Shown: positions 1 through 14,415, counted from the first letter of the stretch. The stretch: DNA of 64,000 nt from Eledone cirrhosa (GCA_964016885.1 OZ024744.1:85932001-85996000); one strand, 5' to 3'. Numbers and translations: made by a program. Notes: a model not told the origin generated them from the letters alone.

Positions 1-121
1 TCTTCGATAAGCTTTTGCCGGTCAATTTGTAAAATATGTTGAGACATAGATATCTGAAACGAAACACGTCATTAACATAAATTTGACCTATGCTTTGATT
101 CCATATTTTTTCTTTCTTTCA

Positions 122-226
<105 letters not shown>

Positions 227-420
227 AAGGTTTATATATATATATATAATTTATTTTGAAACTTTTTCATTATTTGCTAAACCTTGTTTATATATATATA
301 TATATATAAACAAGGTTTAGCAAATAATGAAAAAGTTTCAAAATAAATTTTAAAAAATTTACTTTACCTACTATAGTTACCTTTACCGATCGGTTTCGAA
401 TCCCAAAAATAAAACGGAGA

Positions 421-460
<40 letters not shown>

Positions 461-603
461 GGGATAGAATGAAACGAAATTTCATTACTCACTCTTAGTA
501 CGGCACTTACTTAAATGTAAGTATGTATGTATACGTACATAGATATATGTATACAGACGTACAGTAGTATGTATATATATACATACATGCACACATATAT
601 ATA

Positions 604-920
604 TATGCACGTATCGGTTTACCGAACATTTATTATAATGCTCCGTTTGTTTGTTTGTAAACATTTATCGTTTTCGGTGTGCCCGGCCGACTGAACTCAC
701 TCGACATGCAAATTAGGCTGCTCAGCCGTTAATATGCATAAGGAAAGTATATACTTTCAGACGTTCAACCATCTGGCAGGAAGGTATACGATGCTGAGGA
801 TAGCTAATAAGCTTGAAACTAGTACATCGTTCCTGTGAGAGTTTTGAACAAAAAGGTGACGTGGTTGCCTAAACACTGTGCGGCGTATAATAAATGTTCG
901 GTAAACCGATACGTGCATAT
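604..920 (+). mobile_element. Non-coding PLE-type mini-element with inverted termini and internal HHR
   Basis: 604-638 (atatgcacgtatcggtttaccgaacatttattata) is the reverse complement of 886-920. HHR at 789-829. A second family copy lies at ~6940-7230. Confidence 0.7.
789..829 (+). ncRNA. Minimal type-I hammerhead ribozyme
   Basis: cgatg-CTGAGGA-t agct aata agct t-GAAAC-TA-GTA^-catcg. Stem I is cgatg/catcg, stem III is the palindrome ACTAGT, triplet GUA. Confidence 0.8.
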
Positions 921-1091
921 ATATATGTGTGTATGTTGTATGTATATATATACATTCTGTATACAGTCTGTATAAATATATGTATGTATATATATATATA
1001 TATATATATTCATATATATATATAAGTATATATATATATATAAGTATATATATATAAGCATATATATATAAGTATATATATATATATTTAT

Positions 1092-1142
<51 letters not shown>

Positions 1143-1222
1143 TGGATAAATGAACAGAGAACATAAAACAGAGAGGCAGTACAAATGATATGGTTTTTAG
1201 CTTCACGCTTGAGAGTGGGGTG

Positions 1223-1307
<85 letters not shown>

Positions 1308-1457
1308 CGTTTCTGAATTTGTTTAGCATAACAATATATATATATATATATACATAAATATATGTATATACATAAATATATGTACAAACATATATATATT
1401 TAAATATATATAAAAATATATAAATATATATATGTACATGTATATACATACATACAA

Positions 1458-1524
<67 letters not shown>

Positions 1525-1622
1525 GCATACATATATATATACACATGCGCTCACATACAATCACACACACAGTCACACACAAACACACACACACATACAT
1601 ACACACACACACACACACGCAG

Positions 1623-1680
<58 letters not shown>

Positions 1681-1857
1681 ATATATGGCTGAACACGAGG
1701 GAATATGTAACTATATAAGAATTATAAGGATCTCTAGACAAGATAAGAATCGATTCGTTAATCAGAAATATACACTGAAACTGATTCTTTCATAAATAAA
1801 TGGATTAAATTAAACCAGAAAGAAAAACAAACAACAAAAAAACATACATACATAAAC

Positions 1858-1858
1858 G

Positions 1859-1894
<36 letters not shown>

Positions 1895-2770
1895 TGTATG
1901 TATGTATGTATGTATGTATGTATGTATGTATGTATGTATGTATGCATGTGTTTGTATGAATTTGTGTGTGTATGTATGTATGCATGTGTGTATGTATGTA
2001 GGTATGTATGCATGTATGTATATGTGTATGTATATGTGTATGTATGTATATATGTATGTATATATGTATGTATATATGTATGTATATATGTATGTATGCA
2101 TGTATGCATGTATGCATGTTTGTCTGAATTTTTGTATGCATGTATGAATGTATGAGTGTATGTATGTATGAATGTATGTATGTATGTATATATGTATGTA
2201 TGCATATGTTTGTATGAATTTTTGTAAGTATGTATGTATATATGAATGTATGTGTGTATGTATATATATATGTATATGTGTATGTATGTATGTATATATG
2301 TATATACGTATAAATATATATGCATGTTTGTGTGAATTTTTGTATGTATGTATGAATGTATGTGTGTATGTATGTATGAATGTATGTGTGTATGTATGTA
2401 GGTATGTATGTAGGTATGTATGTATGTATATGTGTATGTATGTATGTATGTATGAATGTATGTGTGTATGTATTAATGTATGTATGCATGTATGTGTGCA
2501 TGTATGTTTTATATATATTTGTATGATCGTAAGTATGTATTGACATATATGTATGTGAATATGCATATTCGTATGAACGCGTGTATGTACGAATGAATGT
2601 GTGTACATATGCATTTTTGTATAAATGTATGTATGTATTTATGTATGAATGTATGTATGTATTTATGTATGAATATATGTATGTACATATGCATTTTTGT
2701 ATAAATGTATGTATGTGTATGTTTGATGCGTGTGTGTATTTATATGAACGAGTGGCTGAATGTATGTGTG
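1858..2770. repeat. Degenerate (TATG)n microsatellite array
   Basis: Direct reading; explains the YIHT/MYVC pseudo-ORFs. Confidence 0.95.
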
Positions 2771-2779
2771 AATATACAT

Positions 2780-2873
<94 letters not shown>

Positions 2874-2898
2874 TTGTATGCGTGCGTGTGAGCAAGTA

Positions 2899-2943
<45 letters not shown>

Positions 2944-2944
<1 letters not shown>

Positions 2945-3112
2945 TAACGAAGGAAATGTGGTAAGGAGCCAGGTGGACCATAACGCACCAAAGTACTCAA
3001 TACTTAGGGTAGTAGAGTGGGTAATAGGAATTAGCCGTCGAAACGGCTTGAGCTCAGCCGCCGGGGTCTTACTTGTTCCTATATATATATTTAGGAACCA
3101 GTAAGACCCCGA
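2944..3112. mobile_element. Short (TA)n-flanked structured repeat family (copies at 4281-4480, 39876-39904, 40945-41172)
   Basis: Shared aagtactcaatacttagggtagtagagtgggtaatagg and agccgtcgaaacggcttgagctc motifs; every copy is bounded by (TA)n. Confidence 0.7.
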
Positions 3113-3125
3113 CACACACACACAT

Positions 3126-3185
<60 letters not shown>

Positions 3186-3271
3186 ATATACATATATATA
3201 TGAATGTGTGAATATACATACGTATGAATTTATGTGTATGTATATCTATATATGTGTGGGCGTGTCGGTGT

Positions 3272-3316
<45 letters not shown>

Positions 3317-3501
3317 TGTATGTATGTGTGTGTGTGTGAGAGAGCAAGCATGTATATATGTATGTATACAACATGGAAATACAAAAATATTAGTACAAAC
3401 ATGATAGACATTTTATGTATTAAATTTTGTTTACTTCGAAAAGAAATTAACTCATGTTGTCAGCATCAAATTAATGATATTTACGTTTATATCCATATAT
3501 G

Positions 3502-3618
<117 letters not shown>

Positions 3619-3963
3619 GTGTAGATAAATCTACCAAAAGTTTACGGTAGTGTCCAATCCGTATGAAGAACTCAATGTAATCCGGATATCATGAAAAGAG
3701 AAGATGCATTCAAAAACTACTTTCGGTGAAAAATAAACGGAAAACAGAGTCAAGATAAATTAATAAAATAATGAATAAACAAAGAAACATTTCCTTATAT
3801 TAAAAAAAATTCATCATTTTACGATCGTTTCTAGGATATATATGTGTGTGTTGGTATGTATATTCTATAGATCTATGTACAATATTTATACAAACTATCA
3901 GAGGGAATATACATACCTACACATATATATGCTGTCTCTTATTCATTATTTTATTAATTTATA

Positions 3964-4152
3964 GGGCGGTGGATTGGCAGTATCGGTGGAGGGTTGGACG
4001 CCATGCTTTCTAGCATAGTTACGTCCCTTTACGATCTGAGTTCAAATCCCGCCGAGGTTGACTTTGCCTTTCATCCTTACGGGGTCAATAAAATAAAGTA
4101 CCAGTAATGCACTGGGTAATTGCTGGCCTTGTGCCTAAAGTAGAAACAATTA
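3964..4152 (+). mobile_element. tRNA-derived SINE, family A
   Basis: A-box-like tggcagtatcgg, B-box gagttcaaatcc, conserved gcctttcatccttacggggtc..aagtaccag body, tail gtagaaacaatt. More than 15 copies in the window. Confidence 0.85.
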
Positions 4153-4160
4153 TTTTATTA

Positions 4161-4480
<320 letters not shown>

Positions 4481-4513
4481 TGTTATCTCTCTCTCTCTCT
4501 CTCCTTCTCCCCC

Positions 4514-4603
<90 letters not shown>

Positions 4604-4680
4604 GTTATTCCGGGTTGAATCGGAGGTAACCAGAGTAAGTAAGGTACTCAATACATTGCAGAGTATAAAAGTTTTAATAT

Positions 4681-4761
4681 AGATGAGATTCTACAGGACT
4701 AGAACTGTTTCATTCTGATGATTTCTAAAGAATGAAACAGTTCTAGTCCTGTAGAATCTCA

Positions 4762-4764
<3 letters not shown>
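4681..4764. repeat. Fold-back palindrome containing an HHR-like core (CTGATGA 4715, GAAAC 4734)
   Basis: agatgagattctacaggactagaactgtttcattct / agaatgaaacagttctagtcctgtagaatctcatct. Confidence 0.85.
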
Positions 4765-4830
<66 letters not shown>

Positions 4831-4924
4831 GAGACAGTAAACAATAAACAAAAGACAACGTGGAAGCGAAGAGGGAGAGTACAAAATGTTAATATTAGTT
4901 TCACGCTTGAGAGTGATATATATA

Positions 4925-5550
4925 TTTATATATAACTGAGGATATCTGTCTCTGTGTGTGTGTGAGTTTGAATCTTTAAAACTCGAGAAGCACCCAACAT
5001 ACTGTTTTCAAACTTTACACATGTAATACTTATGTTTCAAGGAGTGTTCTGAGCAAAAAATATTTCAAATTGTCAATGCCCTAGGGACCGCATTAGGCGA
5101 TTTAGCGATCTCTCTCTATAATTCTTAGTCTTTCTCTTTTTAGATAGATACATACATTTAATCGCACTCGGCGCATCAATTTGTGGCTGTTAAACGGACC
5201 GCGAACGCATTCTGATTCATTCTAAAGGCTACCAGTGGAAGGAAGCGTGACACCCTGCTTCAAATGTCAGAGAACGCAGTCAAAGTCACTATTAAGGGCT
5301 ACAAGTGAACGCTCACACGGCCCTTTTTAGGGCCACCACTTGAAATTGTCGATGGTTACCCCTCTTTACTGGGGTGTCAGTGAACGGTTTACACGTCCCT
5401 TGAAAAAGCTGATGGCAACCCTTTCGTTTAGGGCTGCCATTGAACGCGCACACGCCTCGGGGCCCATTTCATTGCACCGTTCCTCTTTAAATTTGTTAAA
5501 TTATACACACAGTTTGGTAAACGTTTGTCCAGTTGCGTTTACTTATATAT
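4925..5550 (+). mobile_element. Non-autonomous Helitron-like repeat (second copy ~6411-6650)
   Basis: Shared aaactcgagaa.cacccaac..ttttcaaactttacacatgtaatacttatg. The 6411 copy starts TCTATATCTATATTACTAAAAC followed by (GTCT)n, a 5' layout typical of non-autonomous Helitrons. No 3' CTAG end confirmed. Confidence 0.45.
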
Positions 5551-5692
5551 ATTAATACGTACTCGCACAATCACACACACACATAAACACACTCACACTC
5601 AAGCGCAGACGCACATATATTTATATAGATATAAAACACAGGTATCTATATGTGTATATATGTATATATGTATGTATTTATGTATGTATATA

Positions 5693-5773
<81 letters not shown>

Positions 5774-5829
5774 AATACTGTGGGGCGTATGTATGTAAGA
5801 ATCTTGCAAACATGCGTTATCCATATTTG

Positions 5830-6012
5830 AGGGCAGTGGTTTGGCAGCATCGACAGAGGGTCGGACGCCATGCTTTGCATCATAAAGTTACGGCCTTTTA
5901 TGGTCTGAGTTCAAACCCCCACCTAGGTTAACTTTGCCTTTCTACCTTACTGAATCGATAAAATAAAGTACCAGTAATGCACTTGGATAATTGCTATAAA
6001 AATAGAAACAAT
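5830..6012 (+). mobile_element. tRNA-SINE family A (diverged)
   Basis: Similar to 3964-4152. Confidence 0.8.
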
Positions 6013-6065
6013 TATTTATATTTGTGTATTAATAAGCATATAGATTAAATCTACCTGCACTGACG

Positions 6066-6105
<40 letters not shown>

Positions 6106-6219
6106 CGTAAACAGTTTTCCAAGAGCTAGAAACATGAATGGACCTGTTATTTTTATCTAAAAAATGTTTTCCCAATTCCAACCCGCCCGTCCCTTCAATC
6201 TATCTTATTTCTCATTCTT

Positions 6220-6256
6220 TCTTCTGATGAAAAACTAGCGTCCGAAACGTTAGGAC
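6220..6256 (+). ncRNA. Degenerate HHR in PLE terminus
   Basis: CTGATGA-aaaactagcgtcc-GAAACGTTA; stems I and II are weak. Confidence 0.5.
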
Positions 6257-7068
6257 CGTCAGCCTTCTATCTCAAGCTTTAACCTAATATATTCTTTCCA
6301 TATACTGTACCGATTGTGTTGTTATTTACGTTTACCTTTTGCACACACACACACACACACACACCACACACACACACATAGACAGACACACACACACACA
6401 CACATATATATCTATATCTATATTACTAAAACAGTGAATGTCTGTTTGTCTCTCTGTCTGTCTGTACAATCACTGAAACTCGAGAACCACCCAACCGATT
6501 ATTTTCAAACTTTACACATGTAATACTTATGCTCCTATTGAGTGTTCTGAGCAAAAAAAAAAAATGCTAATTTTCAATGGTGATTTATTAGGTGATTTAG
6601 CGTTCTCTTTCTCTCTCTTAGTCTTTCTCATATTAGATAGATACATAGATATTACGTCGCGCCCTTATAATATATCTCTGTATGCCTGTCTGTCTGCATT
6701 ACGACATTATGACGCGATCAGTGTGTGTGTGTGTGTATATGTATATATAGTGTGTGTATATATATACATATATATATTCTTATGCCAGGGAACATCTCCA
6801 CGAACCAAAGTATCGTCTTCCTTCGGTTGCAACGTTATTCAAAATATTTATTTCTGCGTTCACAGATTGATATTTTTTATTTTAGTTTCAGAAGATCCCG
6901 TTAATGGTGAAAGCAGTGATTCTTTGCTTAAACTTTAATAAACGTTTATCGTTTTCGGTGCACCCGGCCGATTAACTCACTCGATATGCGAATTGGGCTA
7001 CTCAGCCGTTAATATGCATAAGGAAAGTATATACTTTCAGACGTTCAACAATCTGGCAGGAAGGTATA

Positions 7069-7109
7069 CGTTGCTGACGATAGCTAATAAGCTTGAAACT
7101 AGTACAGCG
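7069..7109 (+). ncRNA. Minimal type-I HHR (paralog of 789-829)
   Basis: cgttg-CTGACGA-tagctaataagctt-GAAACTAGTA^-cagcg. Confidence 0.8.
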
Positions 7110-7253
7110 TTTCTTTGACAGTGTTGAACAAACGAGCAACGATGGTTGCTAGACACTACGGCTTAATACGGGATGTTTGTTTTCAAACACACCGAGCATT
7201 ATAATAAATGTTCGGTGAATCCATACGTACATATATATATATATGTGTGCATG

Positions 7254-7297
<44 letters not shown>

Positions 7298-7471
7298 CTA
7301 CTGTACATCTGTATACATATATGTATGTACGCATACATACTTATATATATATATGATGCAGACATACGTGGGGTGGAGTACAAAAGATGGAACTATGTTA
7401 ATATTAATATACACACTTAATATGAAGGCATGTAAGCGAACCAGACAATGCGAATGTCCGTGTAAATTGAA

Positions 7472-7845
7472 AATAATTGTTTATACATTTGGCACAAGGC
7501 CACCAATTATCCAGAACATTACTGGTACTTTATTTTATCGACCCGCATGGACGAAAAGGTAAAGTTAACCTCGGCGAGATTTGAACTCAGATCATAAAGG
7601 GATGTAACTATGCTGGAAAACATGTCCGACCCTCTACCGAAACTGCCATTGAAAATAATTGTTTCTACTTTTGGCACAAGGCCAGCAATTACCCAGTGTA
7701 TTACTGGTACTTTATTTTATCGACCCCATAAGGATGAAAGGCAAAGTTAACCTCGGCGGGATTTGAACTCAGAATGGCAAGGGCCGTAACTCTATGCGTC
7801 AAAGCATGGCGTCCGACCCTCTACCGATACTGCCAATCCACTGGC
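7472..7845 (-). mobile_element. Two tandem family-A SINEs
   Basis: Copies at ~7472-7648 and ~7654-7845; ctgccattgaaaataat is duplicated at 7643 and 7846 (TSD-like). Confidence 0.85.
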
Positions 7846-8036
7846 CTGCCATTGAAAATAATGCCAAAGAACTTTATAAATAACTCTAATCATCTAAACC
7901 AGAAAGAAACATTTGACAGGCCTATATAACCATTGACTCTTAGTGTTATCCTGAAATGGACGTACTAGTGCGTTAGTGGCTGAAGTGTATGATATAATTG
8001 TATCTGTATACATACAGATTAGTATATATATATTTA

Positions 8037-8358
<322 letters not shown>

Positions 8359-8397
8359 ATAACGAGGAATCAGTGAGGCATTAGAACAGAATTTATT

Positions 8398-8491
8398 AAC
8401 ACATTACATATGTTTCTTCGACGATCCGCTCAAGGCAGGATCTATTATAGATCGAATCTTACTCTGCACTCGCAAGGTCCTCAGATATATT
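8398..8491 (-). ncRNA. Type-I HHR with extended stem II
   Basis: Minus strand: aatatat-CTGAGGA-(~60 nt)-GAAAC-ATAT-GTA^-atgtgtt. Stem III is ACATATGT; stem I is 7 bp including GU pairs. Confidence 0.7.
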
Positions 8492-9006
8492 TATCGTTTT
8501 CAAGGCATTTCTTCAACTGATTCCTCGTTAACTATAATAATATGCTCTGCTCCACGTGAGCATCGAGTGCTCACACGGCATACTGCCTACGGACGCAATT
8601 ATTGCAACCTTTTCGGCTCTAGCTCCCATATTTTTCTACACCAATTGCTACACCTTACGACCGATTTTCAAGAAACTTGCCAGCTCATGAATTTCTAAAC
8701 GGCTCTTGGTCAAAGGCAAAACGATGGCCACTGACGTCGTCTGAGCTTTTAGTTGTGTATTTGAGAATTTCCAATCAAGTAGCGTGAGAAATTTGGCTTA
8801 GTGTTAGAGGTCATCACCTCCCTCCCCCAGCATGCCCCTTCGTCAGTCACCCACGTTTCTCAGTGATAGAGGTCATCACCACCTTCCCCCGCATGTCCTG
8901 TGTGTGGCCATAGATGAGTCATCGAGAAGCAGTCGCTAAGATCAACACCTTTTCATCAAAGCAGATATTATTTTACCTACCCAGGCAACTCTGGGTACTG
9001 CTGCTA

Positions 9007-9095
<89 letters not shown>

Positions 9096-9099
9096 TATA

Positions 9100-9705
9100 T
9101 AGTAATCCCCATTTATGGCGGGTATGCGTTCCAGATCGAACCGCGATATAGAGAGACCATAAAGACAACCGTTGTTTTCATAGTTTACGCGTTAAAATAC
9201 CTCTGCTACACGCTTTAAGTACATATATACTCATTAAAAGACACTTTTGTATTTAAACTCCAAAAACAGCCAGTAACGATCTTATAGAAACTATCACCAA
9301 CCACTAGTTACCAATGAGGACCATTACCAGCCACGTTAGCGCCGCTTGGTAACATACTGCACATCTCCCGTTAATCTATGAAGGGCTTGTAGTAGATTAG
9401 AGAAAAACACAATCAGTAAAACAGTAATGGAATGAAAAATAAAAAAAACATTTTTTATAGTTAAAGCCTTAAGATGACAAATCGCTAGATAGGCACTTCA
9501 ATCACATCGAAACTTATTTAAGAAATTTAAAATATAAACACTTTTTACTCAGACGTACCTACCGCGATAAGAAAATAGATCTTTTTCTAACGAAAAGTCC
9601 TCGATTATGCGAGGATTACAGCGTTAGGAGATTAGATGCGTTCCAAAGAAAAATCCGCGATGTAACGGGACCGTGAAATGTGAACCGCGATATAGCATTG
9701 GATTA

Positions 9706-9709
<4 letters not shown>
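9100..9709. mobile_element. Tigger/pogo-like non-autonomous DNA transposon
   Basis: Ends tagtaatcccc... and ...ggattactgta resemble CAGTAATCCC-type TIRs inserted at TA; repeated internal gcgttcca..ccgcga motifs. Confidence 0.5.
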
Positions 9710-9771
<62 letters not shown>

Positions 9772-9775
<4 letters not shown>

Positions 9776-9816
9776 TGGCAATATTACACAAATATGACCC
9801 TCCCCAAGTATAACAA

Positions 9817-9898
<82 letters not shown>

Positions 9899-10477
9899 TT
9901 GTTATACTTGGGGAGGGTCATATTTGTGTAATATTGCCAGAATTAATAACAGAACACACTCACTGTTGGTTTTCGCTTTTCGCATCTGTGTCTTTTATAT
10001 CGGTTAATTTAATTTATTCGGTCCTCAATGTTGTCATTGACTGACCAACGGTCAAAAATACAGATACAATATAGACACAAACACATATATATAGTCTATC
10101 AAAGTTCTTTCGTTGCACATCTGCAACATCGTCAGTGGTGCTATTATGTTTCCTCTCGTTGCATTGTATGCTTACGCCATCTTTATTTAGTCTGTTTATT
10201 TATTTATTTATTTGTTTATTTTTTTCGTCTTCTCTGCGCATGCGTTTGCGTGTGTGTATAGTGTTTTGTTTGATGTGTGTTCTTGTTTGGGTAAATGTGT
10301 GTTGGTTAATGTATTCTATCTTAATTTACTAGTGTGTGTTTACATGTGTTTGTTGTTATTGTGCTTGTGTATGTATTTATTTATTTATTTATTTATACTA
10401 CTCTTAGATCAGTGTTGTTTATTTGGGTGTTGTTATTTCATTCATTTTTTCTGTTTAGCCTTGGCCTTCTAAGTTCT
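9772..10477 (-). mobile_element. HHR-bearing PLE mini-element (CCCTCCCCAAGTATAAC-terminus family) with palindromic end
   Basis: 9772-9822 and 9891-9942 are inverted around (TA)n. HHR on the minus strand at ~10097-10139. The body is the reverse complement of 41480-41890. Confidence 0.75.
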
Positions 10478-10766
10478 ATATATATATATATATATATACA
10501 GTAATATATATATAGAGAGAGAGAGAGAACTTAGAAGGCCAAGGCTAAACAGAAAAAATTAATGGAATAACAACACCCAAATAAACAACACTGACCTAAG
10601 AGAAGTATAAATAAATAAATAAATAAATAAATAAATACATACACAAGAAAAAATAGTGAGGAGAGAGGAAGAAAGAGGAAAAAGGAAAAAGGAAAAAAAG
10701 AAGTAACCAAACCGAATGGAGGGGAGACACAGGACAATGGAATATGCATGTATATATTTATATATG

Positions 10767-10856
<90 letters not shown>

Positions 10857-10960
10857 TATACATACATATTCCATTGTCCGGTGTCTCCCCTCCATTCGGT
10901 TTGTTTACTTGTTTTTTCCTTTTTCCTTTTTCCTTTTTCTTCCTCTCTCCTCACTATTTT
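10371..10960. repeat. Two consecutive (TA)n-centred inverted repeats
   Basis: 10371-10477 vs 10526-10640 and 10649-10750 vs 10861-10960; arms carry several mismatches. Confidence 0.85.
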
Positions 10961-11909
10961 TTCTTTTCTTTTCCTCATGGCCTTTTGATCAATAAAACGC
11001 CTAGCGCACACTGCCGACCGATTTCGATGACCCCTTAGCCTTTGTCAAGGCAGAATTCTAGGAGAAGGAAAACTCTGATATAACACCTGCAACCCTGATT
11101 GTATCCAATGATGTTGACTTGTTCTTATTTTTGGTAAATATCATCTTGGTTAAGAGAGTGGGAGTGGCTTTGTGCAGTGCCTTTGCTCACTATAAAAGCT
11201 TCACGGCACAGGTATTGCTTTATATCTGGAGATCTCTCTGCACTTGTCGTCACATGGTAAAATGGGCCCAGCAATAATTGTCATAAGTGTAGTGTTTGTA
11301 CCAGTGTTTTCAAGTCGCTGGCTGGACTAAAATGTCACACTCGTTCAGCGCATCGGTAGGGGTTCTCCTACAAGGATATAAAGTAGTGGCCGTACTCGAA
11401 AACGAGTTGGCAGCCACCATATATACTTGTTTCTTGTAAACAGACATTCGTCTCATTCTGACGTCATTAGCCCTGTTCTCCATGTGTGTTTATTTTCATA
11501 ATTCCACACGAGGTGTACTAGCCTGCTTTTAAATTCCCTTTCTGGCATATTTTACAAGTGAGATTTTGGTTATGGTGTTTGAGCTCTACTGATGAACGAT
11601 GCCAACCGTGACTAACCACACTGAAAAGTTTCATGAAATAGTCTTTTTAAGACTATATAGAGCATTTGTAGTTTTTCCAAATTGAAGGATGAGTATTTAA
11701 CCTTAATTTTATTCTGAGTTAAGTCTCTATTGGTTTTTTTCCCTGGATTTCACAAAATCTGTGGATAAAATTTGTGTCTTGACTTTTTTTTAAAAATTAA
11801 GTTTGAATTATTTTCCCATATCTTACGTTAAATATTTTCCATCTTGACGTTATAGTCACTTATATATTATGAAATACTGTTGGCTTCTTGCTCACATTAA
11901 TATCTCTAT

Positions 11910-11971
<62 letters not shown>

Positions 11972-11973
<2 letters not shown>

Positions 11974-12460
11974 TAAAATAACAGATTAAAGTTTAAGCAA
12001 AGTATCGCTGCTTTCACCCTTAACGGGATCTTCTGAAACTAACAAAGTCAATCTGTAAACGCAGAAGTGGATATTTCAAAAAACGTTGCAACAGCAGGAA
12101 GACAGCAAGACGATACTTTGGTTCGTGGAAACGTTCCCTGGCAAAGAACGGGAAAAAACGAATATAATACGTCATTAATAGGAGCGGTGAAAAACAATTA
12201 CGCGCAAAGACAGAACCACGTTTATGGTATAAAAGAAGTCGTAGACTAATGTTCTCTTAGGTGGTTCATAGAGACGTTCTCTGGCAATGAACGGAAAAAA
12301 CGAAGATAATACGTCATATGTGGAGCGTGGAGAACAATTGCACGCAAAGACAAAACCACGTAAATGGTATAGCATAAGTTGTAGACTAAATTCTAACTAG
12401 GAAACCGAATGAATCTCCGCTTCAGAGTTAAGAATAAAGTAAATTAAGAATAAAGTAAAT
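11972..12460 (-). mobile_element. Repeat family with ~130-bp internal tandem and degenerate HHR (copies 6783-6940 inverted, 47395-47660)
   Basis: Shared aatctgt.aacgcagaagt..aacgttgcaac..gttccctggca; HHR-like remnant cagaagatcccgttaa.ggtgaaagc. Confidence 0.6.
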
Positions 12461-13327
12461 AAATACAATACAGGCGTAATAGAAATTAAATATTTGATAT
12501 ATATCTATCCTTATCGAGCCCTCTTTGGATTTTAGTCTTCAAATTTATTATTTTTACTATATATATATTAAAGGAAAATGCGAAGTTATAGATGTTAGAA
12601 TCTATAATTAATTGAACTGTTATACATATTTCAATGACGATAGATATCGTGAACTCTCCAGACAGAAATAATTGATTAAAAGGTAACATTGTCAAGGCAA
12701 TTATGGACGGAAGAGAGCGGACTAAAAAGAGTGTACGCTTTTGCTTTGGATGTCCGCTCCTTCTAACATTATGAACCTTTCTACAACTCTGCGCAGACGC
12801 GGAGGTGTGGGTGGCTGACCACTCAACTACCACGCAGAATACTTCTAAGCTTATTTGTTCTCCCCCCCCCCAGCCGACACCCCTATACGATTTAATTTAG
12901 CAAAAATTTGTTTACTGTTAACTTTGGTGTCCAGGAGAATTTTAGTGCATTCGTACCCACTACCCGTTTATGGCGGGATAATATACAGACCATCAACTCC
13001 AAAGTGTGAATGTTACACAATACTATGGTTAGTATAACTTATTGAAAATATTTAAGATTTCACAACCCGAAAATACTAACATTTTCTAAATTTCAGATGT
13101 CAAAAGTCAGAAGAACTAGCTAAAGTGTATATTCGTATTAGAGATTGGGTTCAGAACTAGATGTTAATTTGTTATGGCTCCCCACTGGAAAAAGAACTGG
13201 CCTCTTATCGAGGCTTATTGGCAAATGTCATGAAATTTATATTTAGCAGAGTTATGGGCCGAAAATTAGGAAAGTGGTTTCCTTGTTCGAAGCATTGTGG
13301 AAAAAAAAAACAAAAAAAAAACAAAAA

Positions 13328-13590
13328 CCCCAGTTGATGGATGTGAATCCGAAATATATAGGGACTATTAAATCTCTCCCAAGGTAACTCTCTCTTGTGT
13401 TGTTATTTTCATTTTATCCTTTATACTTATACTCTTCCCTTCATTCTTCTACACATCTTACACATGTTATACACACCACGCATCTCAACGTACACCCACT
13501 TACATCTCTCTCTCCACCACCGGACCTTGTTACCCGGAGATTTACCCATTTGCATTGTCGAGGCTTCCAGACAACTTAAAGATATTTACT
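13328..13590 (+). mobile_element. Repeat family (copies 25350-25590, 40578-40815)
   Basis: Shared acaccacgcatctcaacgtacacc...ggagatttacccatttgcattgtcgaggcttcc. Confidence 0.8.
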
Positions 13591-13644
13591 TATTAATAAT
13601 TGTTTCTACTATTGGCACAAGGCCAGCAACACAGGTTTAGTGAT

Positions 13645-14285
13645 CAGAGTCAACAAATAGGACCTCGAGGAAGTCGATCACTTCACCTATCTGGGAAGCA
13701 TCCCGACAAGGAGCGGCGACGTAGAGTTCGACATCAACTGTCGGATCGGCAAAGGAGCCTCAGTTTTCCAGCCGCTGTGCCCGGTCTGGTCGTCTTCATG
13801 CATTAGCACCAAGACCAAGCTCCGCTTGTACAAGAGCATAGTGCTGCCGACAGTGCTTTATGAGAGCGAGACCTGGAAGAGTACGGCAAAAATAGAGAGA
13901 CGGCTGAACGCTTTCCACCAGCAGTGCCTGCGAAAGATCCTTCGTGTGTCCTGGCGCGACCGAGTGCGAAACGAGGAGATCCTGCGGAGAGCCGAGTCGT
14001 GGACGCTACAGAGAGTGGTCGCGGAGCGACGGTGCCGTCTGGCTGGCTATATTCTGCGTCGCCCAAATGAACGGCATTCGAAAACAGCGATGAACTGGAT
14101 TCCGCCTGGCGGTAAAAGGAGGCGGGGTTGCCCAAGGATCACCTGGCGACGAACGTTCTTCCGGAAGGACCTGATGGCAGCCAACATCACCTGGCACGGT
14201 CTCGATAAAGTTGCCGCTGATCGTGACCGTTGGCGAGTACCTACTGCTCGATGAGCCGAACGGCGCGGAAGAATCTAAGACTAAG
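13645..14285 (+). pseudogene. RTE-clade LINE, 3' end of RT (frameshifted)
   Basis: EEVDHFTYLGS, DINCRIG, KTKLRLYKSIVLPTVLYESETW, GKRRRGCPRITW, DRDRWR; (ctaaga)n-like tail. Confidence 0.9.
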
Positions 14286-14381
14286 ATGTATGCATGTATG
14301 TATGTATACATACACACACACGCACACACACACACACACACACACACGCAAACACACACACACACACACAAACAAACAAAT

Positions 14382-14415
<34 letters not shown>

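Noticed and set aside
3964-4060. tRNA genes
   Set aside because: The A/B boxes belong to SINE heads; no full cloverleaf is present.
11000-11480. LINE 5' UTR-like remnant
   Set aside because: Only a vague resemblance, with no coding motif or second copy in the window.
12640-13260. Possible host exons in non-repetitive stretches (also 19500-19740 and 53880-54060)
   Set aside because: No convincing reading frame with splice sites or recognisable protein motif.
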